A DNA stretch of 64,000 bases from Owenia fusiformis (Eukaryota), in assembly GCA_903813345.2 (NCBI GenBank), contig CAIIXF020000001.1:39866001-39930000 (forward strand), written 5' to 3'. Below, piece after piece: positions 12,551 to 26,313 of the stretch; within the stretch, counting starts at the first letter, position 1; every line of letters begins with the position of its first letter. Under the pieces are notes generated by a model that searched no databases, had not been told where the DNA came from, and was given only the letters and a program-made list of their open reading frames with translations. The position numbers and the translations under genes were made by a program.

Positions 12551-15500
12551 ATGGATATTGGTGGTGATGGTAATGCAGTTGGACAAGGGAGAAAGGATGA
12601 GTATATGTCAAATAAAGATAGCAATGGTCATGGTATAGGTGATGGAATTAAATATCCTGATGATCCTCAAATGCAGAGTTATACAAGTGATAATGTATTT
12701 TATGGTGAGACTGAGTCAGACTTGCTGAATGATGATAAAGATGTATCAGTTAAAGAGATATTAAATGATGATGTTAAAGCAAGGTGTCAGTCTGACCCTG
12801 GTATACAAGAAGAAACTACAGCTGATGTGCATGTAGGTCATAGTGCAATAAACCCAGCGATTTCCACTCAGTCTTTGCAATCTAACATGTCACATAATCC
12901 TACTCCTAAGTCTTCCAACTACACAGTTAACATTCCAAGAGACAATATAGAGTCTTCCATTAATAGTGGCAATGCAGACACCCCAGATTCCCATTTGTGC
13001 CTTACAGACCCTTCTGGTGTTAGAAATACTGTTCTCGATTTTAGGACTAAAAATTTACATTCTAATGATATAGAAGCCACTGATGGTGATTCTAAAAGTA
13101 AAGTTGTACGTCAAACTGGTGCAGTACGATTTAGAGATCAACAGCTCAATGATGATGAAGATGACTACCGTGTGTCATCATCTGAGCGTTCCCATTCATA
13201 TCATGGTGATACCCAACATTTCAGGTCACATAGGTCTAGACCGAAAACAAAAACAAACAAAATTAAGCCGATTCAAGCCTTGGATTACCATGGCAGGGCC
13301 ATCAAAATAAAGTTTCCCCCACCAAGAATTATCCGAAGATCCAAAAGTTTAGATGAAAGTAGGCTTGGCAAACGTTCTCGCTCAAGGCATAGATATGCTC
13401 GATTACACTCTGAAAATCGTGCTCAATCTGAATCTGAAGATGACCTTGAGGTTCCTGATGGACCTAGAGGTTATGTCATTCCTCCATATATATCTGAGGA
13501 AAGTAGCAGCGAGAGTGATGAAAGTGATGATTCATCAACATTTTCATTTTCAACATTATCTCGAAGACAAAAATTACTGCTTATTATGATGTTCCTTGCC
13601 AATGTTGTTGCTTTTATGTGCATGGGGCTCCCAGCTCCCTTCTTTCCTACTGAGGTAAGTAGAACCTGATTTTATAATTATTTTTGGGGGTTGGTACATA
13701 TCTTTTTCAAATACATGTACTGCCAATTAATTTGATTTTTGTGTACTAGTACAGTCAGCTGTATTGCTTAAAAATGTAATCGGAATTTCTTGTAATCAGG
13801 TCAAGGGATCATCAATGAATATTAGGTCTAAATCTTCCTCATGATAAAAGCTTGTAGGCCTTCTTTTGAAAGCGCTTTTATTGAAAACTCCATGCCTTTA
13901 CCTCATTGATCATGATGTTTTACTTTCAGGCATCAGACAAAGGACTTAGCAAAACAGTATCTGGATGGATTTTTGGAATATTTGCCTTGGCACAGTTTGT
14001 TGTTTCCCCAGTCTTTGGAAAATTGGTTTGTACATTGTTCATATAATTGAAACTTTGTTATTGTTTTGCTCATGCACTGATTTTTTTCTCATTTATCTGA
14101 TTTATGATAAAATTGATTCTCTCCAGCTTGTCATTTACCATAGATTTTTGAAGTAGAATGTGAAGTTAAGAGGATTTTCATATCATGTATCATTAGGAAC
14201 CTTTGTGCATGTATTACTTTAAGATGCTTGTGCATGTTTCAAATAGATTTTTTTGCTATTTTCAGCTTCCTGTGATAGGGACCCGGTTCTTGCTACTTTC
14301 TGGAGAGTTCTTAGGTGGAGGATGTACAATACTATTTGGGTAACTATTTTGAAAACTTTTAAGCAAAATATATTTGCATCCTAAATCAAGGGTTTCATTG
14401 ATATGCAGTATGCAGTATAGGTGATTTTCTTTTATTGTTCTCACCAAAATCACCTTTCTTAATAGGAATTTTGCAACTACATATAATTTTCAATAGCCTA
14501 TTTTACCTGAGGTTTTCATTTGTTTTGCCTTACCAGAAATTCAAATGTTAGATGTGCAGTACACACTCAGCACTTTGAAAAAGAATATACATGTATCATG
14601 TTTTCAGTGTGCTGCATTTTGTTCCTCAATACATGAGAATTGAGTACATCGTGCTCTGCTTCGTGTGTCGTGTTATCATGGCCATAGGCTGTGCAGCCTG
14701 CACCACAGCTACATATGCCATTACTGCTTTAGAATTCTCTGACAGTATCGCCACTGTGTTTGTAAGTATACTTTATAATCTCTCTTCATCGTCATTGCTT
14801 TCCCTTGGGAAATATTGATATCATCCTTGTGATATTTCCCAAAATCATATCAAATCCTTCCTGGTGAATAACTTCTTCTTAGTGAAAGGAGGAGGGGAAA
14901 ATTCCTTTACAGTTATTGTGCATTGCATTTTTGTTGTTTTTACCTTGTTTTCACAATTTGCATCAATGACCATGTATAATGCATATATAAAGTATTGTTT
15001 TTGTTTTAGGGAATATTGGAGACTGGTGTAGGAGTAGGATTGATGATTGGTCCTGGAATTGGAGGACTCTTGTTTGATGTAAGTTAGAGGAATTCCAAGT
15101 GTTAGAAATGACCGAATATTGCAGTTTGATTACTTTCCTGGACAAGACCAGTTAAGTTGAGCTGAATAAGATTGTTTAACACTTTTAATCATGGCATTTA
15201 AAGTTCCAAAAGCCAACTTTGAACGGACATTCATGCATATATCGAAAATAGAATCATCAGAGAAGGTTTTAAACCATGCAATCATAGCTAAATTCAACTC
15301 ACATTCCGTCAACAATATTATATAAAGATAGGCTACATTCCAGACATTCAAGATGAGCCAATGGTTTGCCATGTCTAACTACACTATTATATACAGTATT
15401 CCAATTGATTAATTTAATTCCATTCTTTGTTTCAATTTCATGATGTCATTTTGATATATTCCAGGCAGGGGGATTCTGGCTTCCATTTGCAGTAGTTGGC

Positions 15501-18500
15501 GGACTTATGATTCTATGTGTGCCATTTAGCTTCTATATTCTACCTTCACAAACAGGTACAGCCTTGCGTGATATAAGTCTCAAGTGCTCCTCTTTACTAT
15601 TCCCTGTGTCTGTTGAAAGGGCTTTGCTGTGGAGCATTTTTAATTTCTAGTTAATACTGTACCTGCCACACAGACTTGTCTGTTGTAATTGAATATTTTA
15701 TATTTTTTATTGAATAAAAAATTATTGTGGATAATATAACTTCTTACTGAAGTAACTACAGTTATTGAAAGATCCAGAAGAAACAAGATATTTTTGTTTC
15801 CCTTTTTACTGTGATGATACTTCTATTTCAGAACAAGATAATATGGATGAATCTGGGTCATTCCTTGCATTCATAAAGATTCCCTCATTGATGCTTGTAT
15901 GGCTTAGTGTTGTGCTCTCATCCTTTGTCTGGTCAATCTTTGATCCTATCTTGGCACCACACTTAACACAGGTATGTAACTTTTATATGGCCAACAGGGC
16001 ATTTATTTCAAAGGACAATACTACAAGTATATTTCACAAAGGATTGTGAGCAATTTTTATCCACAATATTTTTATCAATGCGGGGTGGTTGTAGGTAAAG
16101 CTCTTGTCCATAAAATGACTATGTAATGTATGAACACTATTTTTGTAACACAAAGCATATGCAGTCTGCAACCATAGTTTTTGGTGCCTAATAGTGGCCA
16201 CATACATGTAGATGTATAATGACAATGATTGTCTATCATAAATAACAAAAGTTAAAATAAATCATTATTCAAACAATCAATGTGATAATTTTGTATTCTC
16301 CTGGAGTATTAATTACATGTAATATTAAAAATGGTAAAATATAAGAAATCATTTATTTTTATGTCTAACTTTTCAGTTTGACTTGAGTCCCTCCATGTTA
16401 GGATTGATTTTCCTGCTGCTGTCAGCCTTCTATGGGATTTTCTCACCCATATGGGGGTGGCTTACAGATAGAATAGTAAGTAACATCGAGATGTCCCCTC
16501 ATACATTCTAGTTAACTTGTGTACATGTATGTACCTGTGAATCACATGAACATGTACCATCATCTATTACTTACTGAATATGTAAAAATTGCATATACAT
16601 GTACAGTAGTTTGGAAAGAGTGGGGGAAGAGTCTGCCAAGACCCACAAAAAACAGATGTTTTCTCTTATCAGGACATTAAAGCATTTTAAGTTCATAATT
16701 TCTTTCTCACTTTCAATCGTATATGCAGTATATGATATTGATTTGAATTTTATTTCAGGACAAATACAATAATATCTTACCCCTTTTGAGTATTGGATTC
16801 CTAGTTGCTGCAGGTGCTCTTCTGTTAATTGGACCTACACCCATTATCCCATTTCTAAGTGGCTATAGGTAAGATACAACAGTAAATACATGTATAAATT
16901 ACCCCTTTTTCTTGCCTTATGGCTTTATGAAAATACTTAAGAGAATGCTAAATGAAGTTTTGGATCATGTTCAAGATTTTCAAGCTTTTAATGAAAGGCT
17001 TTTAGAATGATATTTTAGGAATATATCCATTGCCAGGCCCGTAGCCAGGATTTGCCAAGTTTTCAAAAAAGTTCAGTTTTCAAAAATGTCCAGGGGGGTT
17101 CACATTGACAATTTTGGCCCAAATATGCCTAGAATCACTTGAGAAGTGCTCAAAATGGTGAAAAACTGCATGATTTTGAAAGAATTTTTGGCCAGGGGGG
17201 GGGGTTCCCGAACCCTGCGAACCCCTCCCCCCTGGCTACGGGCCTGATTGCTGTTCAGTTTTTTTCCATTTGACTCATATGGGGACCCAGGATGGGCACT
17301 GTTTAAATCATTGAATTAAAATGATATACATTATTTGCAGTGAATTGTGGTTAAATCTGGTTGCGCTGAGTGTGCTAGGTATTACAATCAGTCTCACAAT
17401 GGTGCCTACCTTCCAATATATGCTAGAGGCTGCCACGTAAGTACCTCACAAATACACTCTGTTAGTGGAGATACATTTCTGTCCAAGATTAAATATTTGC
17501 AAGGAATTTCTTAATGCAATTGTAACTGTTAAACATTCATAGTTTTGAAGTTACCAGCCACTAAATGGCAAAAACGTAACACACAAGTACTAGAACCTTT
17601 ATAAATATAAAACATAAATAGTATGACATTTTAACTTTACATGTATGTACATGTATATTTGAACTACAAAGTACCATATTTACCAAAATGTACAATATCA
17701 TATTTCCGCAGTATATATCAAACATTACATTGTCTTATCTAGGGACAAGGGTATTCCAGAAAACATACAAATGTATGGTGTTTGTGGGGGCCTTTTGAAC
17801 GCAGCAGAAGCCCTTGGGTAACCAATCATGGGTCAAAATACCATGAGATCTTGAGATTGAGACCTAGCCCTTTCATAAATACAATATTCTTGGCCAATAA
17901 TAATATTGAACAAAAAAATGTTTATATTTTTGTTGAACATTATACAGGCCCGTAGCCAGGGGGGTTCTGGCCAAAATTTCTTTCAAAATCATGCAGTTTT
18001 TCACCATTCTGACCATTTTTTGTATGATTTTTGGCCAAATTTGCCAAAGTGAACCCCCCCCCTAGAATTTTTGGGAAAAGTGAACCCCCCCTTGGAAAAT
18101 TCTGGCTACGGGCCTGTTATAATACCATATGGTTGCAGTATAGATATCCTTGACAAGGGTTTCATTCCTCCAGATCTATGGTCTTCACCCTTTCTTGTTT
18201 TAGATGTTTGGGGTGCTGTGTGCTTTGATGAATAGAACTGTTTAAGTGTTATAATTTTGAAGGTCAATCACAAACTTTAATGGTCCCTTTATCATAATTA
18301 AAAATGATGAATAAATTGATGATATAATTGATATCAAAAACTGCAGCATGTGCACATTGTTATGTCTAGGAAGCACAATCATGATTATTGCATCCTTAAT
18401 ATTCTTTGGAACATTTTGCTTAAATGAGACCATTTTTTGTGATTTTCTAACTCAGAATTGGATTATAAACATTTTAGCTTTACTAGTTTATAATTGTTTT

Positions 18501-21500
18501 ATTGCTTTTATAATAATATTCTAATACTGTATTTAGAAATTGCTGCTTTTTGTGTATAGTGTGTACTTTACTAAAAATATATTTTATTTATTTGTTTACT
18601 AATCTGATATTTTTGTCTGATTTTTATCTGAAAATATATTTGCATTTGTTGAAATCCATCTTTGCTTCAATAGTTATCGCTATTCAGTGGTGGAGCTATT
18701 AGATTACGTAACATTTGCATTGACCTAAATGACAGCAAAATTTAGTTAACCACTTAGGAAACTTACTTTAAAGGTCCATGTGCAGTATGGCAAGTGATTT
18801 TAGACAGTCACATCTTTCACCATGAGTATTTTCTCGGTATAAATACAGTTGTTTTTATCAAAACAATATGTTTTCTTTAAAGTGAAGTCCCCATGATAGC
18901 AAAATACCATTCCCACTCTCTGAAACATTATGGATTAGGACCCCACCTTGTCACTTTTTCAAAAATGTAAGGCTTATTTTCTAAAAAGAGGATCTTGTTT
19001 TTCTCAATTTAGATGTATCAAAAGTTTCTTCTACACTATATTAATAACTTCTGAGAAGGGGATGGGTATTGAAATGCGGTAAAGTTTAAAACAAGATTTC
19101 CCATGTTATTTTCTCATAGGGAAAACTCATGCTATCCATTGTTTTCAGCATGATTTTGGGCATCGAAAATTTATACCTTCAAAACTAGACTTTCAATACC
19201 ATTCTACTTTTGAAGATGTTTTAGACCCTTGTTGAATAATCTTTTCATGCAATAAAAATCAGAAAAAGAAGATTCTCTTTTGAGCAAATAAGTTCAACAT
19301 TTTGAAAAAATTGTTGACGTGGGGTCCCTATTTATAATTTTTCGAATTGTTCGAATGATACTTTTATCATCATGAGGACTTTACTTGAAAGAAAACATAT
19401 AGTTTTAATAACAATCACTGTATTTATGCCCAGAAAGCACTCATGGTGAAAGATATGATCGTCTAAAATCACTTGCCATACTGCACATGGACCTTTTTGG
19501 ATAAAACTAGTCACTTTGAATGAGCATTTTGTTTAACTTTTAATATTTGAATACTAAGGTTGAACTACAGTATTTTAACATTAGATTAGGATTAAAACTA
19601 GACTTTATTACCCAATTGTCCTTATCGCTTCAACTAATAGTTAATAGAATATTGTAATTGTAAGGCTGAATAATACAGAGTGTCTCAAAAAAAATGTTAC
19701 ACTCACAAAAAGTTCAATATCTTTCATAATTTTGACTTTTCCCTAAAATATACTTTAGATACCAAAAGACAAATCTTTCTCGAATAATTTGACACCATCA
19801 AATTCAAAATCTGTCATCGATTGGCTCCACATGACAGCTTTTAGTGTCCCATGGTAAAATCTGACTTGCGCCAACTTCTAAGTGATTGGATTGACCAAAT
19901 GACAAAAGAGGAACAGTTTCTTTAATATTTAACTTTCTTCTGAGTAGAAGCTTGACCTTAAACTGAGTCATTATGTAATTTTCCTTTTTGTCTTACATAT
20001 GATCATTGGGTATAAGACATAAACATGTGGTCCCCTCAACATGTTCTCCAAATTAAACTTGAGGTACCCTTGCCCATGCGCACATGAATTGTAATATCAC
20101 TCTGATTCTATCAATTAATTTTGCAGAAGTTCATTTAGGTCAGTTTGTAATGCTGTAAACTGCTTTCAGAGGCCCTTAAAAAACTCAAGGGTGTAAAGTG
20201 GGATGACCCTGGGGGCCAATCCATTGGGTAATTCAATGCTATCTTCTAATTTCCAAAGAGTTCTACCAAACGATCTGCCTCAGGCCTTTGCACCATCCTG
20301 TTGCCATCATAACAAAATTGAACACTCTGACAATGAAATCTTGTATTTCTATCCAGGAAAGAAACAACTGGATCATTGATCATATCAAGATATCACTGTC
20401 CACAGCATTCATACCAAAAAAGAATTGATCACCACATGTCCAGCCACTGAGAAGTTGGCGCAAATCACATTTCACATGCGTCTATAAAATCTGTCCTGTA
20501 CAGCCAATCTTGGACGGATTTTGAATCTGATGGTGTGAATTTATTCGAGAAAGACTGGTCTTATGGTATCTAAGTATGTTTTAGGGGAAAAGTCAAAATC
20601 ATGAAAGATATTGAACTTTTTGTAAGTGTAACATTTTTTTTGAGACACACTGTAGAGTATGTATCATTCAGTATGGTCAAACATGTATATTTTGATAATC
20701 TTAAAATGATGTACTTTATTTTGCAGTGATTTCAGTGGGCCTGTGTTGGGTGGTCTAATCACAGACAAAGTAGGATTTCCCCTATGCATGACATATACAG
20801 CCTACATGTGTGCAATTATGGTAAGTAATAAACATTTCTTTTGTTTGACATATTCAGTGTACATGCGCACAGTTATGACAAGAAGAACATCTTCTTTATA
20901 TGGTAACTTCAAGATGTGTGCAAATGATTCACACTTATTGTATAGACATGAAGGTAGATTCTGAATCAAAATGTAACTGTATTCTACAATAGTTTTGCAT
21001 TCAATTTTACATGTAATGATACTCTGATAACCATTCCAGGCATTTCAATATTACATGTATATGATACTCTGATAACCATTCCAGGCATTTGATGTATATG
21101 ATACTCTGATAACCATTCCAGGCATTTGTGTTGATCTCGCTGTATATTACATGTATATGATACTCTGATAACCATTCCAGGCATTTGTGTTGATGTTGCT
21201 GTATATTACATGTATATGATACTCTGATAACCATTCCAGGCATTTGTGTTGATCTCGCTGTATATTACATATATATGATACTCTGATAACCATTCCAGGC
21301 ATTTGTGTTGATCTCGCTGTATATTACATGTATATGATACTCTGATAACCATTCCAGGCATTTGTGTTGATCTCGCTGTATATTACATGTATATGATACT
21401 CTGATAACCATTCCAGGCATTTGTGTTGATCTCGCTGTATATTACATGTATATGATACTCTGATAACCATTCCAGGCATTTGTGTTGATCTCGCTGTATA

Positions 21501-21915
21501 TTACATGTATATGATACTCTGATAACCAGTCCAGGCATTTGTGTTGATCTCGCTGTATATTACATGTATATGATACTCTGATAACCATTCCAGGCATTTG
21601 TGTTGATCTCGCTGTATATTACATGTATATGATACTCTGATAACCATTCCAGGCATTTGTGTTGATCTCGCTGTATATTACATGTATATGATACTCTGAT
21701 AACCATTCCAGGCATTTGTGTTGATGTTGCTGTGGGGCTGGCAATCTAAGTGTGGCCCCTGTGTAAATAAACCATCATCAGCCAAAGAACATTCAAAGCT
21801 CAAAGTTGAGGTGAACAGTGACAATAGTTTATCAACTAGCCATGCAGACGAGAGGTCTAGTCTTTTGAGGGATGTAGCGGGAATAGAGCGGCAACAGTAT
21901 TATGGAACTGCTTAA
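12551..21915 (+). CDS. SLC18B1: MFS-type transporter, SLC18B1-like (vesicular polyamine transporter family), 13 coding exons
   Basis: GT-AG exons join in frame: 12551-13654, 13930-14025, 14266-14339, 14608-14761, 15010-15078, 15465-15555, 15832-15971, 16377-16475, 16759-16868, 17341-17436, 17743-17817, 20727-20820, 21712-21915. Motifs APFFPTEA.DKG, GWIFG, SPVFGKL, GILETGVGVGLMIGPGIGG, GGFWLPF, FDPILAPHL, SPIWGWLTD, GPVLGG match my recollection of SLC18B1. Confidence 0.88.
17034..17246. mobile_element. hAT5-like MITE, family 2 (copy 1)
   Basis: TIR CAGGCCCGTAGCCAGG / CCTGGCTACGGGCCTG, 5-bp TSD ATTGC. Confidence 0.8.
17945..18116. mobile_element. hAT5-like MITE, family 2 (copy 2, opposite orientation)
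   Basis: Same TIR, 5-bp TSD TTATA. Confidence 0.8.
18770..19496. mobile_element. Kolobok-like non-autonomous DNA transposon
   Basis: TTAAAGGTCCATGTGCAGTATGGCAAGTGATTTTAGAC mirrored at 19461-19496; long inverted arms. Confidence 0.75.
19676..20652 (-). mobile_element. Tc1/mariner deletion derivative with transposase remnant
   Basis: TA TSD; ~210-bp TIRs starting CAG(A/T)GTGTCTCAAAA. Minus-strand remnants WQQDGAKA and WPPGSSHFTPLEFF (about 20178-20310) match the Tc1/mariner QQDGA and WPPxSPDLxP motifs. Confidence 0.8.
21006..21732 (+). repeat. 59-bp minisatellite made of intron 3' end, splice acceptor and exon start
   Basis: Unit GCATTTGTGTTGATCTCGCTGTATATTACATGTATATGATACTCTGATAACCATTCCAG; ten full units plus shorter 5' units; 13 ...CCAG acceptor copies. 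Confidence 0.95.
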
Positions 21916-22319
21916 TAGGCCTAACTACCTGACTCTCGTTGCAGTATTTAAAAATGTGGACCCACAAAAAGTGTGATCATTTAACATAGTATATTTCCTG
22001 TCTCTTTTAAGGCTAGATAATGAGAGTGACATATATATCAGGTGGATTAGGGAAGCAATATATCAGGAACTTGGAGTATAAACAGAGACTTAATAGGCCA
22101 TTTCATAAAAGGTCATTTTCAAGCCCACATGTTTTAGGGACCTGACATAACCTTCTGTAACATGTTCAGAAATATCTAAAAATATGTAAAGTATAGCTTT
22201 ATCATACTCAAAATGCTAAAGCAATAACTTTTTAGGCACTACAGCTGTCATGTTTTTACCAAGCACCTTTTTCCTTTTGGTAAATAGAACTTTTAACAAT
22301 TTTGTCATTACAGCGACTA

Positions 22320-22697
22320 ATAAACTAGATGCGAGTAGAAATAATTTTGATTTACGTCATTAAATATTCAAAATTCGTCGTGTCATATTTGAAATCTACA
22401 TGTAAAAGCACATCTAGAAATATGGTTTTGAAAATTGTTCATCAACTTTGAAAATTTAATTTTTTGGAAAATGTGACTTCTAGTTCGGGTTGATTCCCCA
22501 TATTACAAAATCACAATAATTGAAATATCTTTTCTTGTATTGCACAGATAACATTTTCTCTTAGTCTTACGGGACATATTTTAAATTGCATAACTATTAG
22601 ATACATAGGGGTTATATGAAAATTGAACCACTAAATAAGATGTAATTTAAGTTAAAGGGAACTTTCTACTATTATTCACTTGCATCTGCGTTATTAG
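22320..22697. mobile_element. Dispersed TIR element (AATAAC.CAGATGCGAGTAG family), copy 1
   Basis: Homologous to 32648-33087 and, inverted, to about 57364-58107. Confidence 0.7.
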
Positions 22698-22981
22698 TAT
22701 TCATTGTATTGGAAATTTAGAGATACAAACATGGTCGAACTAAGGTCTTGAAGTGAGACTGTGGTTAAATGTATGTTGTATGTGTTCAGATATCTGTACA
22801 AATGACTTGTCAATCCAGACTGGATGGTTTATGGGGAGTTAGTGCCTATTACACATCCACAGATGGAATCTTTTCGAATTGCAGTATTGAAAATAAGTTT
22901 TTTTGTACAATATGAAATGGATCTTTACTAATTCATTACACAGTCAAGCCATTTCGAAATGCGTTGTGTTTTCTAAAAAAT

Positions 22982-24388
22982 GAGGGTTTGTGTAAAAAAA
23001 CGGGTGACCGGGTAGCTGGAGAAAGAGTCGAAGGCATGCGAGGCGAATCCTGGAAACCCGGGTTTGGGAAAGCAGGGTTCACTGTGAGTTTCTGTTGACA
23101 AGTGTGCGAAACTACATTCATAATTCATACGACAGTGAACAGGAGGTCTACAGTCAGACCCGGGTGCGCCAATCCCTTGTTTAAATGTTTGTTTCGCGGA
23201 CCAGGGTTTAAGGCCATTCCAAACGAAATAAGTATTTAATGAGGCCACGAAATATAAAAGTTAGTTTTATTAGAATTTTATATGTGTTATTTTGTATCTA
23301 CCAAGACGTTAAACATATTGGCAATAGTTACGTATTATGACCGGTCTTAAATGTGCAAAGCTAGAAGACCCCTTATACTCTTTCGTTCTCTATTTTGACT
23401 AAGATATGATATCAGTAAGCCTACAACGGCTACTAAAACAAGGAAAAATTGGCCAGTAGAGATGGGGATCTTGAAACAAATTTATTTTTATTCATATATA
23501 TGAATAATATTTGATTTAAATACAATTCCACACTATTACCATCCTCCAGTGATGCAATTTCTATTGTGTCTGTCTTGGATAAAATCTTACATATTACAAT
23601 TGATAACGAGGAACCCTTCTAATAAAAACAATTAAATCCAGGTTTGAAAACTTGCGAAAATAACACGAACGAGTCTAATTATGAACTGTTCACATTTTTG
23701 CAAAGGCGGGTTTGGATGACGGCAAACCCGGGTTTTGAGGGCGCGACGTATGGCAACGAGTGCTTCTGGGTAGCTGGGTGACCGGGTACCCTACCTTCCT
23801 ACCGGGGTTGGGAATTTGATTTTTCATTTTATGCCTCAAAACGCTCAACTGACATCCCAATCAATGTACCAGTGACACAACCAATCAAGCAAACAACCAA
23901 ACAAGCAACAACATTTATTTACCAATAAATCAACCGGCAAAACGAAAAACAAAATTAATATACAGTGTAATATCAATCAGTGAGGCAATAAATCAAGCAA
24001 CTAACATTGTATTGTACATCGTACACTAATTAACAGATAAAAACGGCAAATAAAGTTTCAATTTACGCGTACGTAAATCTTCCAGATTTGTTTAAAATCT
24101 AGTAGAAATCGGCATCATAGAAAACAATCATCGATATCCTGTCAATTACTCACTCGGACAATAAATCAAGCAACTAACGTCATCATACGTGTAAACTGTG
24201 TAAATAACTACCTAGGACTTCCGAAATTCAGTTTCTTACAGGTTCTTGGTAAAATGACAACGTAAAAATATTGAAGCTTAGTCTACAAATGTGCAACTTT
24301 GAAAGTCGGTAACCCTGCAAGGAACGTTAAGTACACAGTTACCCAGTCACCCAGCTACCCAGTCACCCTGTTTTTTACACAAACCCCC
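22982..24388. mobile_element. Non-autonomous DNA transposon (GRG...CYC ends, Sola2-like)
   Basis: GAGGGTTTGTGTAAAAAAAC.GGTGAC.GGGTAGCTGG and its reverse complement at the right end; AAAAT on both flanks. Superfamily call is tentative. Confidence 0.65.
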
Positions 24389-24560
24389 AAAATGACCTAG
24401 AAACCATTGTTCCTGAGAGAAATGGAAAACAATTCTTTCATTGATACTTTCAACAGTCAATCTGCATGCTATGAACAGCATACTGCACATATCAAGCATC
24501 TCAGTTTACGTATATCAGTACCCATGTGTATCAGCGCTTGTTTTAATGCATACACACTAA

Positions 24561-24859
24561 GGGAGCACGTCAAAAGATCAATGTCACCAAATAAGCTATA
24601 TATTATCAGTTAGGGGGGGTGTCTGGAACCCAAAAATAAGCATCCCCAACATTGATTGCATAAGCCAACACAGCCAATATATAGAAACCCATCTAATGAT
24701 TATGAAAGACTCATCAAGGTACACCATGATATATTTTTTTGTTAAGAATACCTTGTGTCAACATTTTCCATATATAGTTAACAGGGGGAGGGAGGGGGTC
24801 TGAGACTTAACTGATAATTTATAGCTTTTTGTGCTACATTGAACTTTTGACGTGCTCCC
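24561..24859. mobile_element. PIF/Harbinger-type (Tourist-like) MITE
   Basis: TIR GGGAGCACGTCAAAAG, TSD TAA. Confidence 0.75.
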
Positions 24860-26137
24860 TAATAAATGAAAAAGATGAAGGGTGTTCACAGAAAGCATGT
24901 TCAAGTGTAAAATTGTTCACGTTGATGAGGCACAACTCATTTTAGAAATGTAGTGGACTAAATATTGATACTGGTAGGCAAAATGCCATACTATTAAATT
25001 GTGTTTAAACCTTTTTACGTTGAATTTGAAGAAACAAAAATCAAAAAGATTTCTACAGTACATTTCTATACTATACAATGTACAACTTCTCGTAAAAATT
25101 AAAGAATATGGTGAACCAGGTGTACAAGGTTCCAGGTTCAGCCTACATCATGATGAGCATGAGATATGAAACTATGTTATAATTTGTGTGTCAGTCAAAA
25201 ACATAAATAAAGCTATCGCCAGCTTTATTTTGTTTAGAATCTTGAATAAGTCTAGTTTTTAGTCAACAGTATAGACTTAATTGATTTACATATTAATGTC
25301 TTTTGTGTTAAACCAATCATATTACATAATAATTATTAACATACAATTATGACACTTATAGGTCATAACATTTTGATGCTTTTGCTGAATAATTAATTTA
25401 ATGGTCATAAAAATTTAGCTTCGGCCTATAATAAATTGTTGATTATTAATTCCTTGGATGATGTTTCGTAGGATCTGACTTTTTAAGTTTATTGTGATGA
25501 CCCGCTCTTGGGATAAATATTCAAGTACGAGTTTCATTTAAGTTTGGACATATAGTCCTCTTATACATGAAGAATATTTTATAAAAATTAAGAACAGTAA
25601 TTGAGATATTAATACATGTGATGTAGCAATTTGATGAATACTAATATTGAAGAAAAATAAAAGTTAAAAGATTGAAATGCATTATTGAATATTATTACCA
25701 GGGTTACAGAATTATCCCGAATATATATAGAATACATCTTGTAAACATTTGTGTTTAATGGAATATTGCAGTATGATAATATGCAATACCAAAATATTAG
25801 TCATCATGTCTGATGTTAATGGTGGAAATAAAGCAGTGTTTTGAAGAAAGTAGTATGTTTGTTAATAAGTGACTGGTGAGAGGATGTGACTCCAGTTGCC
25901 TTATAGAACCTAAAAGCCAAAATACAGTACTAAATTCTGGCATTAAATCCGATTCAAGTGTAGTCTTGCTTCAAGACCCTAAACCCCGTCCCTTGTCTAA
26001 TTCAAAAACAGTTGTTGATGTCGGGGAAGGGGGTTTGGAAGCAAGACTAGTTCAAGTGTGATATTTTAATGAACCTAACAAATTGAATGGTACTAGTAGG
26101 ATCAAGATCACACATGATTGAAACATCTACTTTTAGG

Positions 26138-26313
26138 CCAGGTGTAAAAGATTAAGTGGTCCTATCAAATTTTGGTCCTACTCTCTATTGATTTATATGG
26201 TGACCTAATTACAATTATTTTCCTTATTATTTATACATAGTCAGGGCCAGTAAGGGCCGTAAGGAGAGGGGACCATAATCCCCAGGGGACCATAATTTTT
26301 TCTTTAACACCGG
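26138..26313. mobile_element. Short TIR element, CCGG-ended family (copy 3)
   Basis: Homologous to 9545-9721; flanked by a direct repeat CTTTTAGG(C). Confidence 0.7.

Noticed and set aside
20984..21243. Minus-strand repetitive ORFs
   Set aside because: By-products of the minisatellite.
21006..21732. CRISPR-like array
   Set aside because: Units are contiguous with no unique spacers; eukaryotic intron context; no cas genes.
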